NCBI GenBank assembly: GCA_001275005.1
Contig: JWZX01003315.1
Coordinates: 1 to 42,032 of the forward strand
DNA length: 42,032 bases
Reading direction: 5' to 3'
From: Chrysochromulina tobinii
Taxonomy: Eukaryota
Of the stretch, positions 22,905-32,103 are shown in pieces. The translations under genes were made by a program, and so were the position numbers. The notes beneath the pieces are model-generated. The model was not told the DNA's origin. It did not search any database and saw nothing but the letters and a program-made list of their open reading frames with translations. Each line of letters opens with the position of its first letter. Position 1 is the stretch's first letter.

Positions 22905-23383
22905 TTTGTCGAGCAGTAAACGTCAATGACATCCCTCATCAAGGGGCGGGCGGGCCCTCTGTGAGGGTGACTCATCAGAGGGAAACGATAAGGCCTGCAT
23001 TTTTCTTGTTCACGAACGACGCGCCGGAGACGCGAAGAAGTTTGTACAGTAGTACTTCTCGCAATGTCTCAGGAAAAAAAATGAAGGTGGGGCATGTCTC
23101 ATGTGTGTAGGAATCTACACCTTGTTTCGGCCCGCGGGGACCACCAATACACCAACGCACCCGCGAACTCACTCACTCAACATTATTTGAACTCTTGTAA
23201 CGGCAGAACATACAAGTTTCAACAAAAATCCTTATTTATCGACCTTCTCATTCTCCTTCTCATTGCCAAGGCACGCCACAGCAGCAGCCCTCATTCCTGC
23301 CCTGCTACACGAGGACAGAGACAGTGACGTCTCTCAGAGGCCCAGTTACCATTCTCGGCGCCTAGGCGGAGTTCGCAAAGCAG

Positions 23384-24421
23384 ATGGAGCTCGTAAAGTC
23401 GATGGAAGAACGGTGGGCTGCAGAAGAACGGTGGGCTCTCCGGCAGTTGGCACAGGATTCATCAGAAGAACTCGACGAGCTGCAGGAATTGCGGCTCCTG
23501 CTGCAAAGCGGACCGCCGTCTGATCGGCGCCCCATGGTGCAAAGCGGACTGCCGTCTGACGAGCGGCGCAACCTGCGCAGCATCAGGGAGGACGAGATGA
23601 CAGACAAATATGCCAGTGCACACGCTTTCTTCCCAGTTAGCGGAGTTACCTCCTGGCGGTCCTCGGCAAGCAGCGGCGCGACGAGCGACGGCGCGACGCG
23701 CGGCGCGACGCGCGGCGCGACGAGTGGCGCGACGAGTGGCGCGACGAGTGAAGGCCACCGCCCTCTCCATCTTCTCCGCCCTGTAGCCCAGAAGAAGCGT
23801 CATCCGGCGGCCACCGCGCACGGCATGAAGGCTCAGCCGCGGGTAGATGATGTACAGTCGCCGTCGCCATCACCGTCCCCATCACCGTCGCCATCAGCAC
23901 CGCCGGCACTGCCGGGTGCTGCCGGGCAGATCCCCCCTGGTGCCGGCAAGCGCGCCGTCACGAGCGCCTCAACAGAGCGCCGCACGCACGCTTCCGATCC
24001 ACTCTGCGCCCGAGCAGGTGTGACGAAGCCGAGGGCAGGTGTGGCGGCCCAGTCGGCTGATGATGCACTCTGGGCCCCTGGTGCGGAGCCATCGCCCACT
24101 TCGATCATGGAGTTGATGGCGAAAGTGGCAGAGGCGAAGGCGGGGAAGGCGCCTCGACCTGCAGCCCGAGCGGACCCAGCGCCTCGAACGAGCCATGAGA
24201 AAGAGTCCCTCATGAACGTCACTGGAACATCCAGCGCCACCCAGCACAACGACCCAAAGAAGGTGACCGAGGCGCTCAAGGGTATCTCGGTGCGAGCGGC
24301 CCCCAACCAGCCGTCCCTGCCATCGCCACCGCCACCGGCAATCTCGCCGCCACCAGATTCGTGGGCCCACCAGAAAGGGAACACGCCACGTGGCTACTTC
24401 ATGCGCCTGCGCAAGATGTAA
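23384..24421 (+). CDS. Hypothetical low-complexity protein (coiled-coil start, GATS/GATR repeats, SP repeats)
   Basis: 345-aa ATG-initiated ORF after an AT-rich intergenic region; no recognisable domain; 3' end uncertain. Confidence 0.5.
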   Translation: MELVKSMEERWAAEERWALRQLAQDSSEELDELQELRLLLQSGPPSDRRPMVQSGLPSDERRNLRSIREDEMTDKYASAHAFFPVSGVTSWRSSASSGATSDGATRGATRGATSGATSGATSEGHRPLHLLRPVAQKKRHPAATAHGMKAQPRVDDVQSPSPSPSPSPSPSAPPALPGAAGQIPPGAGKRAVTSASTERRTHASDPLCARAGVTKPRAGVAAQSADDALWAPGAEPSPTSIMELMAKVAEAKAGKAPRPAARADPAPRTSHEKESLMNVTGTSSATQHNDPKKVTEALKGISVRAAPNQPSLPSPPPPAISPPPDSWAHQKGNTPRGYFMRLRKM

Positions 24422-24778
24422 GCTGCTTGCTGCAGCGACGCGAGCAAATGCGCCCACATGGAGCAACAGAGTATGTCGTGTGGCCCTACACGCCACGCGC
24501 AGGTGGGAGTGATCGCAGCGGAGCGCGTTGGCCTTACACGCCACACCGCACGCGGAGGGAGCAGCAGAGCGCGCTCGAGACGGCGCTCGAGAGAGCAGCG
24601 CCACTGGATAGGCAGATGCAGCGTAACTGCCGACTGGATAGGCTCGGGTCGGCTGGTCGCGGCGCGGGCTCGTGAACATCCCGCGCCGCGCCGGGCGCGG
24701 TTGCCGCAGCGGTTCCTCGAGCCGTCACACAGTCACCGCGGAGTACGAGTGAATACAAGCGCGTGAACCAAAAGTGTT

Positions 24779-25393
24779 TCACAGGCGCCGCGCGATATGC
24801 ACCGACGCGAGCAATAAGACGACCACGGTCACACACATAAGGCACAATCCGCAGTACATGTATTGCCACAAGGATTGCAGGGCCACATAGCGCTCATATT
24901 CCATCCTGGTCACCTCCGCCGTTTGCACCTTTTGCCGATTGCCGAGCGGATGACTGCGCGCAGCACGTTTGACGCCCTGCACGAGGGCATTGTAACCGTT
25001 CCATCCGCCCTCCACCCCGCTCGACCGAACGTCCTGCTCCAACTCGAAGCGCAACCTATCACTCCGAATTCGGTCGCGCTGCATCTGCTCGAGCCTTTCT
25101 ATCTTCTGCAGCAGCGCAGAAGTTTGAGCCTGGGCAGCGCCCGCAAGGAAACCCTCCAAGTCGCCGCGCGTGCGCGCGAATTCGGCGGCCAAAAGTCTCT
25201 TCTGCTCGACCGCTGCCGCGCCGGGCATGGTCGTCAACAGCTCCTCGGTCTCCTCGTTGTAGAAGAGAAGCTGGCCGGTTGGGCCGCAGCGGCGGTCCAA
25301 GACGGCGTGCCAGCCCTCTGGAAGCGGGCCTGGCACCGTTAGGTTGCACAGCTCGCCCGTTTGCAAGTCGAACACCGGTTCGGAGGTGGCCAT
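24779..25393 (-). CDS. WW-like domain protein with coiled coil and C-terminal TM anchor
   Basis: PLPEGWHAVLD...TGQLLFYNEET...P (second Trp absent); C-terminal YCGLCLMCVTVVVLLLASVHIARRL. Confidence 0.7.
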   Translation of the reverse strand: MATSEPVFDLQTGELCNLTVPGPLPEGWHAVLDRRCGPTGQLLFYNEETEELLTTMPGAAAVEQKRLLAAEFARTRGDLEGFLAGAAQAQTSALLQKIERLEQMQRDRIRSDRLRFELEQDVRSSGVEGGWNGYNALVQGVKRAARSHPLGNRQKVQTAEVTRMEYERYVALQSLWQYMYCGLCLMCVTVVVLLLASVHIARRL

Positions 25394-25558
25394 CCTCGGT
25401 TTTGCAGTGGTGTCGAATTTACAAACATCTTGACTGTGAACGGGTATTGTGTGCTATGAATTAGTTTCGAGTTGAAAAGGTCCGAGTTGGGCGTACGCGT
25501 CAGCAGTGACCTCCCTCCGCTCACTCTCACACACAAAACCACGTCGTGACGACCTCGA

Positions 25559-28357
25559 CTACACCGTAACACGATGAGAGACAGACGAGGGCCGCAACGC
25601 CACCTGCTCCTCAAACACGTAGCACGGCCTTCGGGTGAGAGGCACTCTCGGAGTATGGTGTGAAAGCCGCGGCGCGTGGTGCCCTGGGGAGCCCAGCTTG
25701 ATCCTTGGTCTCCGGCCTATCGGCGGGCCTATCGGCGGGCCCACCGGCGGGCCCACCGGCGAGTGGAGCGGGTGCCCCATCTTAGGGGCCTGCCCCATCG
25801 TCCACACCTCTGCGTCCTCTTGTGGGGTGGGCGCTGCCGGCGTGGATGGCGTCCCTGATTCCATGCTGATTGCATTCCTCATCAGGTGGGCTCCCTCACG
25901 GCGCCGCCGCACGATCGAAAGCAGATCTTCTCGCTCTTGGAGCCAGCTGCTATTGGCCTTCTGCCACAGCTGCCATCTGGCTTCGAGCTCCGTGTGCGCC
26001 CTGTTGCCTTGCCCCAATCTGCTCACCAATCTGCTAGGATGCGACTCGGCGCCCGGTATGGCGCTCGACTTGGCGCTCTGCTCGGCGCTCTTCTCGGCGA
26101 TTCTCGAGAACGCCGAGTTCGCGAACGGGCCGGCGGGCGTGCGAGCTTGTGGATCAGGCCACCGACGCACCGAGATCGGGTCGGAACCAAACAAGGTGAA
26201 GCCATCGGAACAAGGTGGAGCGCGATTCCATCGTCTCGCTAGCGGAGACCCATCGGCTCCAAATAAGACGTCATTATCGTCGCCGAGGGCATGCGACTCC
26301 AAAGACTGCCGTGGCCGCACTCGACCCACTCCTCTGATTGCATGCTGATTGGGTTCCTCATCAGGTGGGCTCCCTGGCCGCACTCGACCCACTCCCGGCT
26401 GCCTCGCTGATGGGCGCGCGGACGACGCGCGTACTGGCTTGAACGGCACGTCGAGCCTCGTGGACAACACCATCTGTGCCACTGTCTGTGCCACTGTCTG
26501 TGCCACTGTTTGTGCCACTGTCATCTCTTTGCCGACCTCTTTCACTGTGTTTGCCAATGCCCTCTCTTCGCCGACCCCTTCAACTGTGTGTGCCACTGTC
26601 TTCGCTTCGCCGACCTCTTCGCGGGGAATGCGATTTCTCCGACTGCGCGGCGTCAGCTTCTCGTCAACCTTCGCGACGACCAAGTCGGGCGGGCTGATGA
26701 ACACGTCATCGCCTCCGGCAGACTCAGGTGCGGGCGTGACGGCTACTCCCTCAATGCGCGGCCACTCCCTCAAAGCCTTCTTGAGCTTCGCTACCACGCC
26801 CGCCTCCTTGAGCTTTGCTGCCGCTCGTGCTGACGACGTGACCCGCGCCTCGATGGCCGCCTTCACCACTCTGGCAACGGCTTCCTCCTTGGCACGTCTG
26901 GCTGCAGCTAGCTCTTCCTGCTTGGCTGCCTCTTCCTTCTCGATCTTGTCCGCAGAGCCCTTTTGCGCCTTTGCCCACGCCGCTTCTTGCGCCACGCGTG
27001 AAGCGTGCAGTTCCTTGAGTGCCTTTGCAATCGCTGCTCGCTTCGTAATCAAGCGATTGCGATTGCGTTGCGCTGCCTTTGCCGCCGCCGCCCGTTGCTC
27101 CTTTTCGGGTAAGAAGGAGGTGGCGGCCAAGAAGGAGAAGAAGGAGAAGCCTTCTCCTTCTCCTTCTTTGCTCGGCTTTCTTGCCCGCCTCCGCTCAGCC
27201 TCCACAGCTTCCTGCCTCCGCTCAGCCTCCACAGCTGCCTGCCTCCGCTCAGCCTTCACAGCTGCCTGCCTCCGCTCAGCCTCCACAGCTGCCTGCCTCC
27301 GCTCAGCCTCCACAGCTGCCTGCCTCCGCTCAGCCTTCACAGCTGCCTGCCTCCGCTCAGCCTCCACAGCTCCCTCAATCATCTCCGCCATCTCCGCCGC
27401 GGCCGCCCGTTGCTCCTTTTCGAACAACGAAAAGGAGACGCCTTTTTCTTGTTTGCTCGGCTTTCTTGCCCGCCTCTGCTCAGCCTCCACAGCTTCCTCA
27501 GTCTTCTCCGCCATCTCCACTGTCGTCACCGCCATCGCCACCGCCTTCTTCGCCACCGGCGCCGCCGTCGCGATCCGCCGGCGGCGCCCCAATCGCCGTC
27601 CCCCTGACTGCGGCTGCCCCCCTGACTGCGGCTGTCCCCCTGTCCCCCTGTCCCCCTGTCCCCCTGTCCCCAATCGCTGTCCCCCTTGGATGACTGCGGC
27701 TGCCTTGCCAGAGCGCATCTGCTCGAGGATGGCTCCGCGCGCATAGCGCAGCGATGCGAGAGCCGTCAATGTGACGCTGATCGAGGCGACGCGCTTGCCA
27801 TGACGATCGAGGACGTCAATGGCCTGGTTTGTCGGCTCGTGCTCACGCTTCAGCAGGTCCTTGAGGTTCACGTGCGCCAGACCGAGCTCCTGCTCATCGT
27901 CGATCGCCGCCGCCATGACGGCGTCGACGGGAGTGCTCAGCCCGGGGGCTGTTACATGTATCACCTCGTCTGGGTGCTCGGCGTTCAGGCCGGCCTTGAG
28001 CACAAAGTACACGTCCGAGTCTTGCTCCTCGACCGAATTGAGCGCCTCGCACATAGGCTCCCACAGCGGCGTCCCCGGCGAAAGGGGCAGTAGCTCGTGC
28101 ACGTCGAGCAACACCGGGTCGAGCGAGGCGGGGCGAAGCCGGCTTGAGCGGAGCCGTACCTCGAGCTCGTGGGCTCGACCAAACGGGTCGATGGATATCC
28201 ACACGTGCTGCTTCGTCTGCTTCAGCTCTCGCAGCAACGGCGGCTCAAGCTGCAGCGTGTGCACCGAAAGCGTGATCGGCCCGGTCGGTGTTCCTTCCCT
28301 GTCGCCCAACTGTTTGGAAGCCTGCTCGGGCTCGTGCTCTGGAGTCAAGCCAACCAT
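25559..28357 (-). CDS. 932-aa protein with N-terminal C2 domain (RPGRIP1 C-terminal-type), IQ-like motif, coiled coil and disordered tail
   Basis: ITLSVHTLQL...VWISID...VYFVL...ELGLAHVNLKDLL...IDVLD...VASISVTLTALASL C2 strand pattern; AAAVIQ; AERRQAAVE repeats. Confidence 0.6.
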   Translation of the reverse strand: MVGLTPEHEPEQASKQLGDREGTPTGPITLSVHTLQLEPPLLRELKQTKQHVWISIDPFGRAHELEVRLRSSRLRPASLDPVLLDVHELLPLSPGTPLWEPMCEALNSVEEQDSDVYFVLKAGLNAEHPDEVIHVTAPGLSTPVDAVMAAAIDDEQELGLAHVNLKDLLKREHEPTNQAIDVLDRHGKRVASISVTLTALASLRYARGAILEQMRSGKAAAVIQGGQRLGTGGQGDRGTGGQPQSGGQPQSGGRRLGRRRRIATAAPVAKKAVAMAVTTVEMAEKTEEAVEAEQRRARKPSKQEKGVSFSLFEKEQRAAAAEMAEMIEGAVEAERRQAAVKAERRQAAVEAERRQAAVEAERRQAAVKAERRQAAVEAERRQEAVEAERRRARKPSKEGEGEGFSFFSFLAATSFLPEKEQRAAAAKAAQRNRNRLITKRAAIAKALKELHASRVAQEAAWAKAQKGSADKIEKEEAAKQEELAAARRAKEEAVARVVKAAIEARVTSSARAAAKLKEAGVVAKLKKALREWPRIEGVAVTPAPESAGGDDVFISPPDLVVAKVDEKLTPRSRRNRIPREEVGEAKTVAHTVEGVGEERALANTVKEVGKEMTVAQTVAQTVAQTVAQMVLSTRLDVPFKPVRASSARPSARQPGVGRVRPGSPPDEEPNQHAIRGVGRVRPRQSLESHALGDDNDVLFGADGSPLARRWNRAPPCSDGFTLFGSDPISVRRWPDPQARTPAGPFANSAFSRIAEKSAEQSAKSSAIPGAESHPSRLVSRLGQGNRAHTELEARWQLWQKANSSWLQEREDLLSIVRRRREGAHLMRNAISMESGTPSTPAAPTPQEDAEVWTMGQAPKMGHPLHSPVGPPVGPPIGPPIGRRPRIKLGSPGHHAPRLSHHTPRVPLTRRPCYVFEEQVALRPSSVSHRVTV
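27190..27370 (-). repeat. 27-bp coding minisatellite (about 6 copies, AERRQAAV[E/K])
   Basis: ccgctcagcctYcacagctgcctgcct tandem array. Confidence 0.9.
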
Positions 28358-28754
28358 TCGGCCAGCAGTTTCTGTTCGATCTGATCGTCAATTCGGACGC
28401 GGTTGTTCAAGGTCATGAAGGAAATGCATGCGGAAACCAACACTCAAGATTCCAAATTAGTCACATCGAGAACACAACAGTACACGGCCTTCGTACGCAT
28501 GCTTCGCTGGCATAACTGATGTCATCTCTCACGCGCTCAGAAGGCGTTGACGATCGTCACGGCTGGTCATGTCGCACAGACGAGCAGAAGAGAGAAGTGC
28601 TACCTTCACCACTACACGGTGCGCGCGCGGACCCGTCATCTCATCTGTGCGCAGGGTGAAACTGCTGCCCAAGGACCTTGCCTATAGAGTCATCTGGGGT
28701 ATCATCTGGAGAATGGTTGACTGGATGACTGCCGTCCGATGATGGTGTCCAGAG

Positions 28755-30013
28755 TCATGCTGGGGACCACTCCGGGACGGCCCCTTCACCTGGAGCATGG
28801 TTGACTGCCGTCCGATGACGTCGCCCGTGCGGGGATGGGCTGGACCCAAATACCGGTAAGTCACGGATGGGCTCAACCGGGGTCGTGACAGAGTCATCTG
28901 GGGCAGGGCTGACCGCCGTCCGATTACGTCCCGCGAAGCGGCTTGCGGGGGCTTGCCTGCTTGGAGAGAACGCGGAGGTAGAGCTTTTGATGGCAGAGAG
29001 GGCGGAGGTGGAGGCGGAGCGTAAGGGGGCTAATACAATTGAGGCGGATCGTCTGATGGTCTGCAAAGTTTCCGAGGCTGAGTGGCTGAGTCTGACGAGA
29101 GCCGTGCCCGTCTTCTCTCGCTCCGCCTCCGCCTTCTCTGCCGCCACACGCTCCGCCTCCGCCTTCTCTGCCGCCAGACGCTCCGCCTCCGCCTCCGCTC
29201 TTGCCGCTGCCGCTCGCTTCGCCTCAAGCTTTTCAAATTGGCCGCGACGTACCCGCCTGCCGCGCGCGGCCGCCTGGAGCCGGACGGTGGAGGCTCGGCG
29301 GCTGACCCAGCGAGTTGCTGCCCGCTGCACGATATTGATCGCCTTTCCAGAGCGCATCTGCTCGACGATGGCGGCAAGCCGCCGCCTACGGATGGCCTCG
29401 TCAAGCGCCCCGTCGGCGACGGGATTGGGATCGTGCGCGCGCAGATTGGCTAGCACTGCCGTCGCGTAGCTTGCGAGAGTCTCATTGTTTGACGAGAGGA
29501 GCGGCTCGAGGTCGGTCATGAGGCCTCGGCTTCGAAGAGTTTGGCAAAGAGCGTCCGGGTCCAGGGACGTGGCATTCTGGAGCACCGCACACACATACAG
29601 TTGAATGCCCCGCTCGTCTCGCCGGAGCGCACCCTGTAGCGAATCGAGACCATCATGCTCAATGAAAGCTGCGAGCGACAGATCAGCCTCTGGGTCGAAG
29701 ACGTCCGTCGAACAGGTTGCCGACGAGTGCCAACGCGCCCTGGGGGGAGCTCATCACTCTTTGTAGGATCCCCATCATATGTGTTGATGCAGGCGATTAG
29801 CGCGCGTATGCCGCCGCTCTCACGCACTGCCGCAGCGAGGGCGGCAGCATCAGCGCCGTACGAGTTGTCAGCCACACTGTTGAGCTGATCGAGTGCATCG
29901 CTTCGCGTGTCATCGCTGATGGAGTGAACGAGACTGGCGACGAGGACATTGGCTCGAGCGCGGGTCGCCTCAGCCACCCGCTCCGCGCGAGCGCTAAACG
30001 GCGTCGTGGCCAT
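28755..30013 (-). pseudogene. ARM-repeat/IQ-motif protein gene interrupted by apparent frameshifts near 29742-29747 and 29710 (pseudogene or assembly error)
   Basis: ORF 30013 frame gives AVRESGGIRALIACI; a +1 shift gives QGALALVGNLF; a second +1 shift gives TDVFDPEA...QLYVCAVLQNAT in frame with ORF 28755..29594 (YATAVLANL; IQ motifs VQRAATRW, LQAAARGRRVR). Confidence 0.6.
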
Positions 30014-30129
30014 GCGGCTTGTAGGTGTTGTGAGCAGGTCACGCGAGGGGCAGCATTTTTGTGGGGGGACGCCTCACTCGAAAATTGAAACGGCGGAAAT
30101 ACTTACAGGAAAAAAGAGGCAAACATATA

Positions 30130-31972
30130 TTAGGACAAATAAGGGGTTCGGTTGTTCGCTTGATGCATGCCACTAACAACTTCTCTGAACCACGTGGTCC
30201 TGCGGTCAACGATCTGGTTGTGCAGCTCGTGGCTTACGCACAGCGCGGCGTTGCGCTGTGCGGATGCTGCCTGCACAGCTGCTAAGCCGCCTGTCGAATC
30301 TTCCGGCTGCGCCATCAGCATCCGGAGGGCAGCAAGCCCCGCCGCATCCGCCGCCTGCTGCGGCACGTGAAAGGTTTCGCTGTAATTGTGTTCGTGCCAG
30401 CCGGCGGCCGCATCGAGCGCCATCACGTCGAGCAGCTCGATGCACATCTGGGCAGCGACGCGCCGCACGATGGCATCCATTCGTAAGAGCGACTCGAGCT
30501 GATGGTCCGCAACCGTGAGTCCATAGCGGCGTAGGTCCCGCGTCCCTGCGTGACAACTGCGCAGCACGAGCCTGCCCTTAAAGCTTGCCCCGCAGCTTCA
30601 GCATTGCTGCACGCAATTTCGCTTCAAAGCCCGCGTAGATCGCGTCATCGGAGAGGCGGTTGCTATCCGGGACGCAGGGGACGCCCATTACCTTGACCGT
30701 TGTGTTGCCTTTCAAGTAGGTTCCGTTGCGAAGTTCCTCCAGATAGACGAACGCACGCTCGGCCGGCGGAGAGTGGCAGTGCTCTGGGCTCGAGAAGCCA
30801 AAGTAGTACTCACTTTTGTTGATGTGCGGCAAATCCCATGCACACGCATTGAAGATGATGACGGCCGGCGCGCTCCGATTCTCAAAATGGCGACGCGTCA
30901 CGGGGTGTGCGTCAAAGGCATCGCTTGACAGCAGCATGAGTGTCGGGGTTTTTGGAGAGCGTAGGCGCCACTCGGGGTAATGGAACCGTTGGCGAAAGTT
31001 GGCGAGTACGTGATCGAGCTTGTGCAAGTCGAGACCTCGCATGAAGCGAAACGAGAGCAGCAGCGGACTCAAAGTTGCGTTTGGATCACGCATGACCGAG
31101 CGGCACCGATGGTTGGGTAGCCACTCAAAGACAGTGTCTTTGTCCTTCTGCAAGCCGCGGTCCCGCACGCCTATTCCATCGACGTGTGGATGGACGATAG
31201 AGAGGTTGAAGCCGCGATGCCCGATCACGCGCCGTGCGCCCTCGTATACGTGCCGATGCGTGCTGTCGCCCATGAACAGCACCCATTGCCCAGCGAGGTG
31301 CTGCAACATCTCGCACTGGCAAAACCCAGCCCCCAAGATCGCGCGCACGGGGCCACGGGCACGGGACATCTCGAGCTGATGGCGTGTCACGTCGGGGTAG
31401 CGGAGGCTGCAATGCCCGCAAGCAGCAAACGTTACGGGGCTACAATTGGCGCAGCTGGGCAGGCAACTCAGCTGGTTCACGTTCACGTCGTAAGTTCGCC
31501 CTCCTCTCGGCATGCCGCGCCTCTTGCCACCTGGCGTGCGACCTTTGGGGTGCGGGGGCATCTCAGATCCAGAGGGCATCTCCAGCTTGCCGCCAATCGT
31601 GTGGTTCTTGTCCGCTTTGTGGCGCCGCCACCTTGCACCCGCCGTGGGACCGGCGGAGGTTTGATTGCTGCCAGGATCGTCGGTGAAGGGCCTCGACGCC
31701 GCGTACGGAGGCTTCTTCATGTGCTTCCATAGCCGGACATACTTTGAGTAAACTTCGTGTGTATGGACTCCGGCGCAGAGCTCACACGTGCCGCAGGCGA
31801 CGGGACAGTGGGCCATCGGGCATCGTCCCGAGTCGGCCCCGAACGCACATCGGCCCATAGCTCCGGGTTCAGGCCACGGGCCCGGGCAGCAGGTCCCGAG
31901 GAGAACGAGCGAAACGTGACGCGTCATTCGTCCGGTCGTAATTGCAGAACCTATCCGGATAACACGCGCCAT
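30130..31972 (-). CDS. SGNH/PC-esterase (TBL/Cas1p-like) protein with N-terminal Cys-rich ShK-like segment; one frameshift at the C-run 30588-30591
   Basis: C.C followed by VLFMGDSTHR; FNACAWDL; C-terminal D....WH in ORF 30130..30567; deleting one base gives KLRASFKGRLVLRSCH; CPMAHCPVACGTC near the N-terminus. Confidence 0.65.
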
Positions 31973-32103
31973 GCAATCTTTTTTATTTGAGTAACCAGTT
32001 TAACAAACTCCGCCGCTCTGGAATTTGGTCACATACTAGCTTGCAGATGTAAGTAAGGGGTTCGGTTGTTCGTGCATGCTACTTACAACTGCCCGCCTCT
32101 TCA

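Noticed and set aside
29739..29756. 18-nt GT...AG segment as a micro-intron explaining the ARM gene frameshift
   Set aside because: Far shorter than the other intron units here (64 bp or more), and a multiple of 3, so it would not fix the frame.
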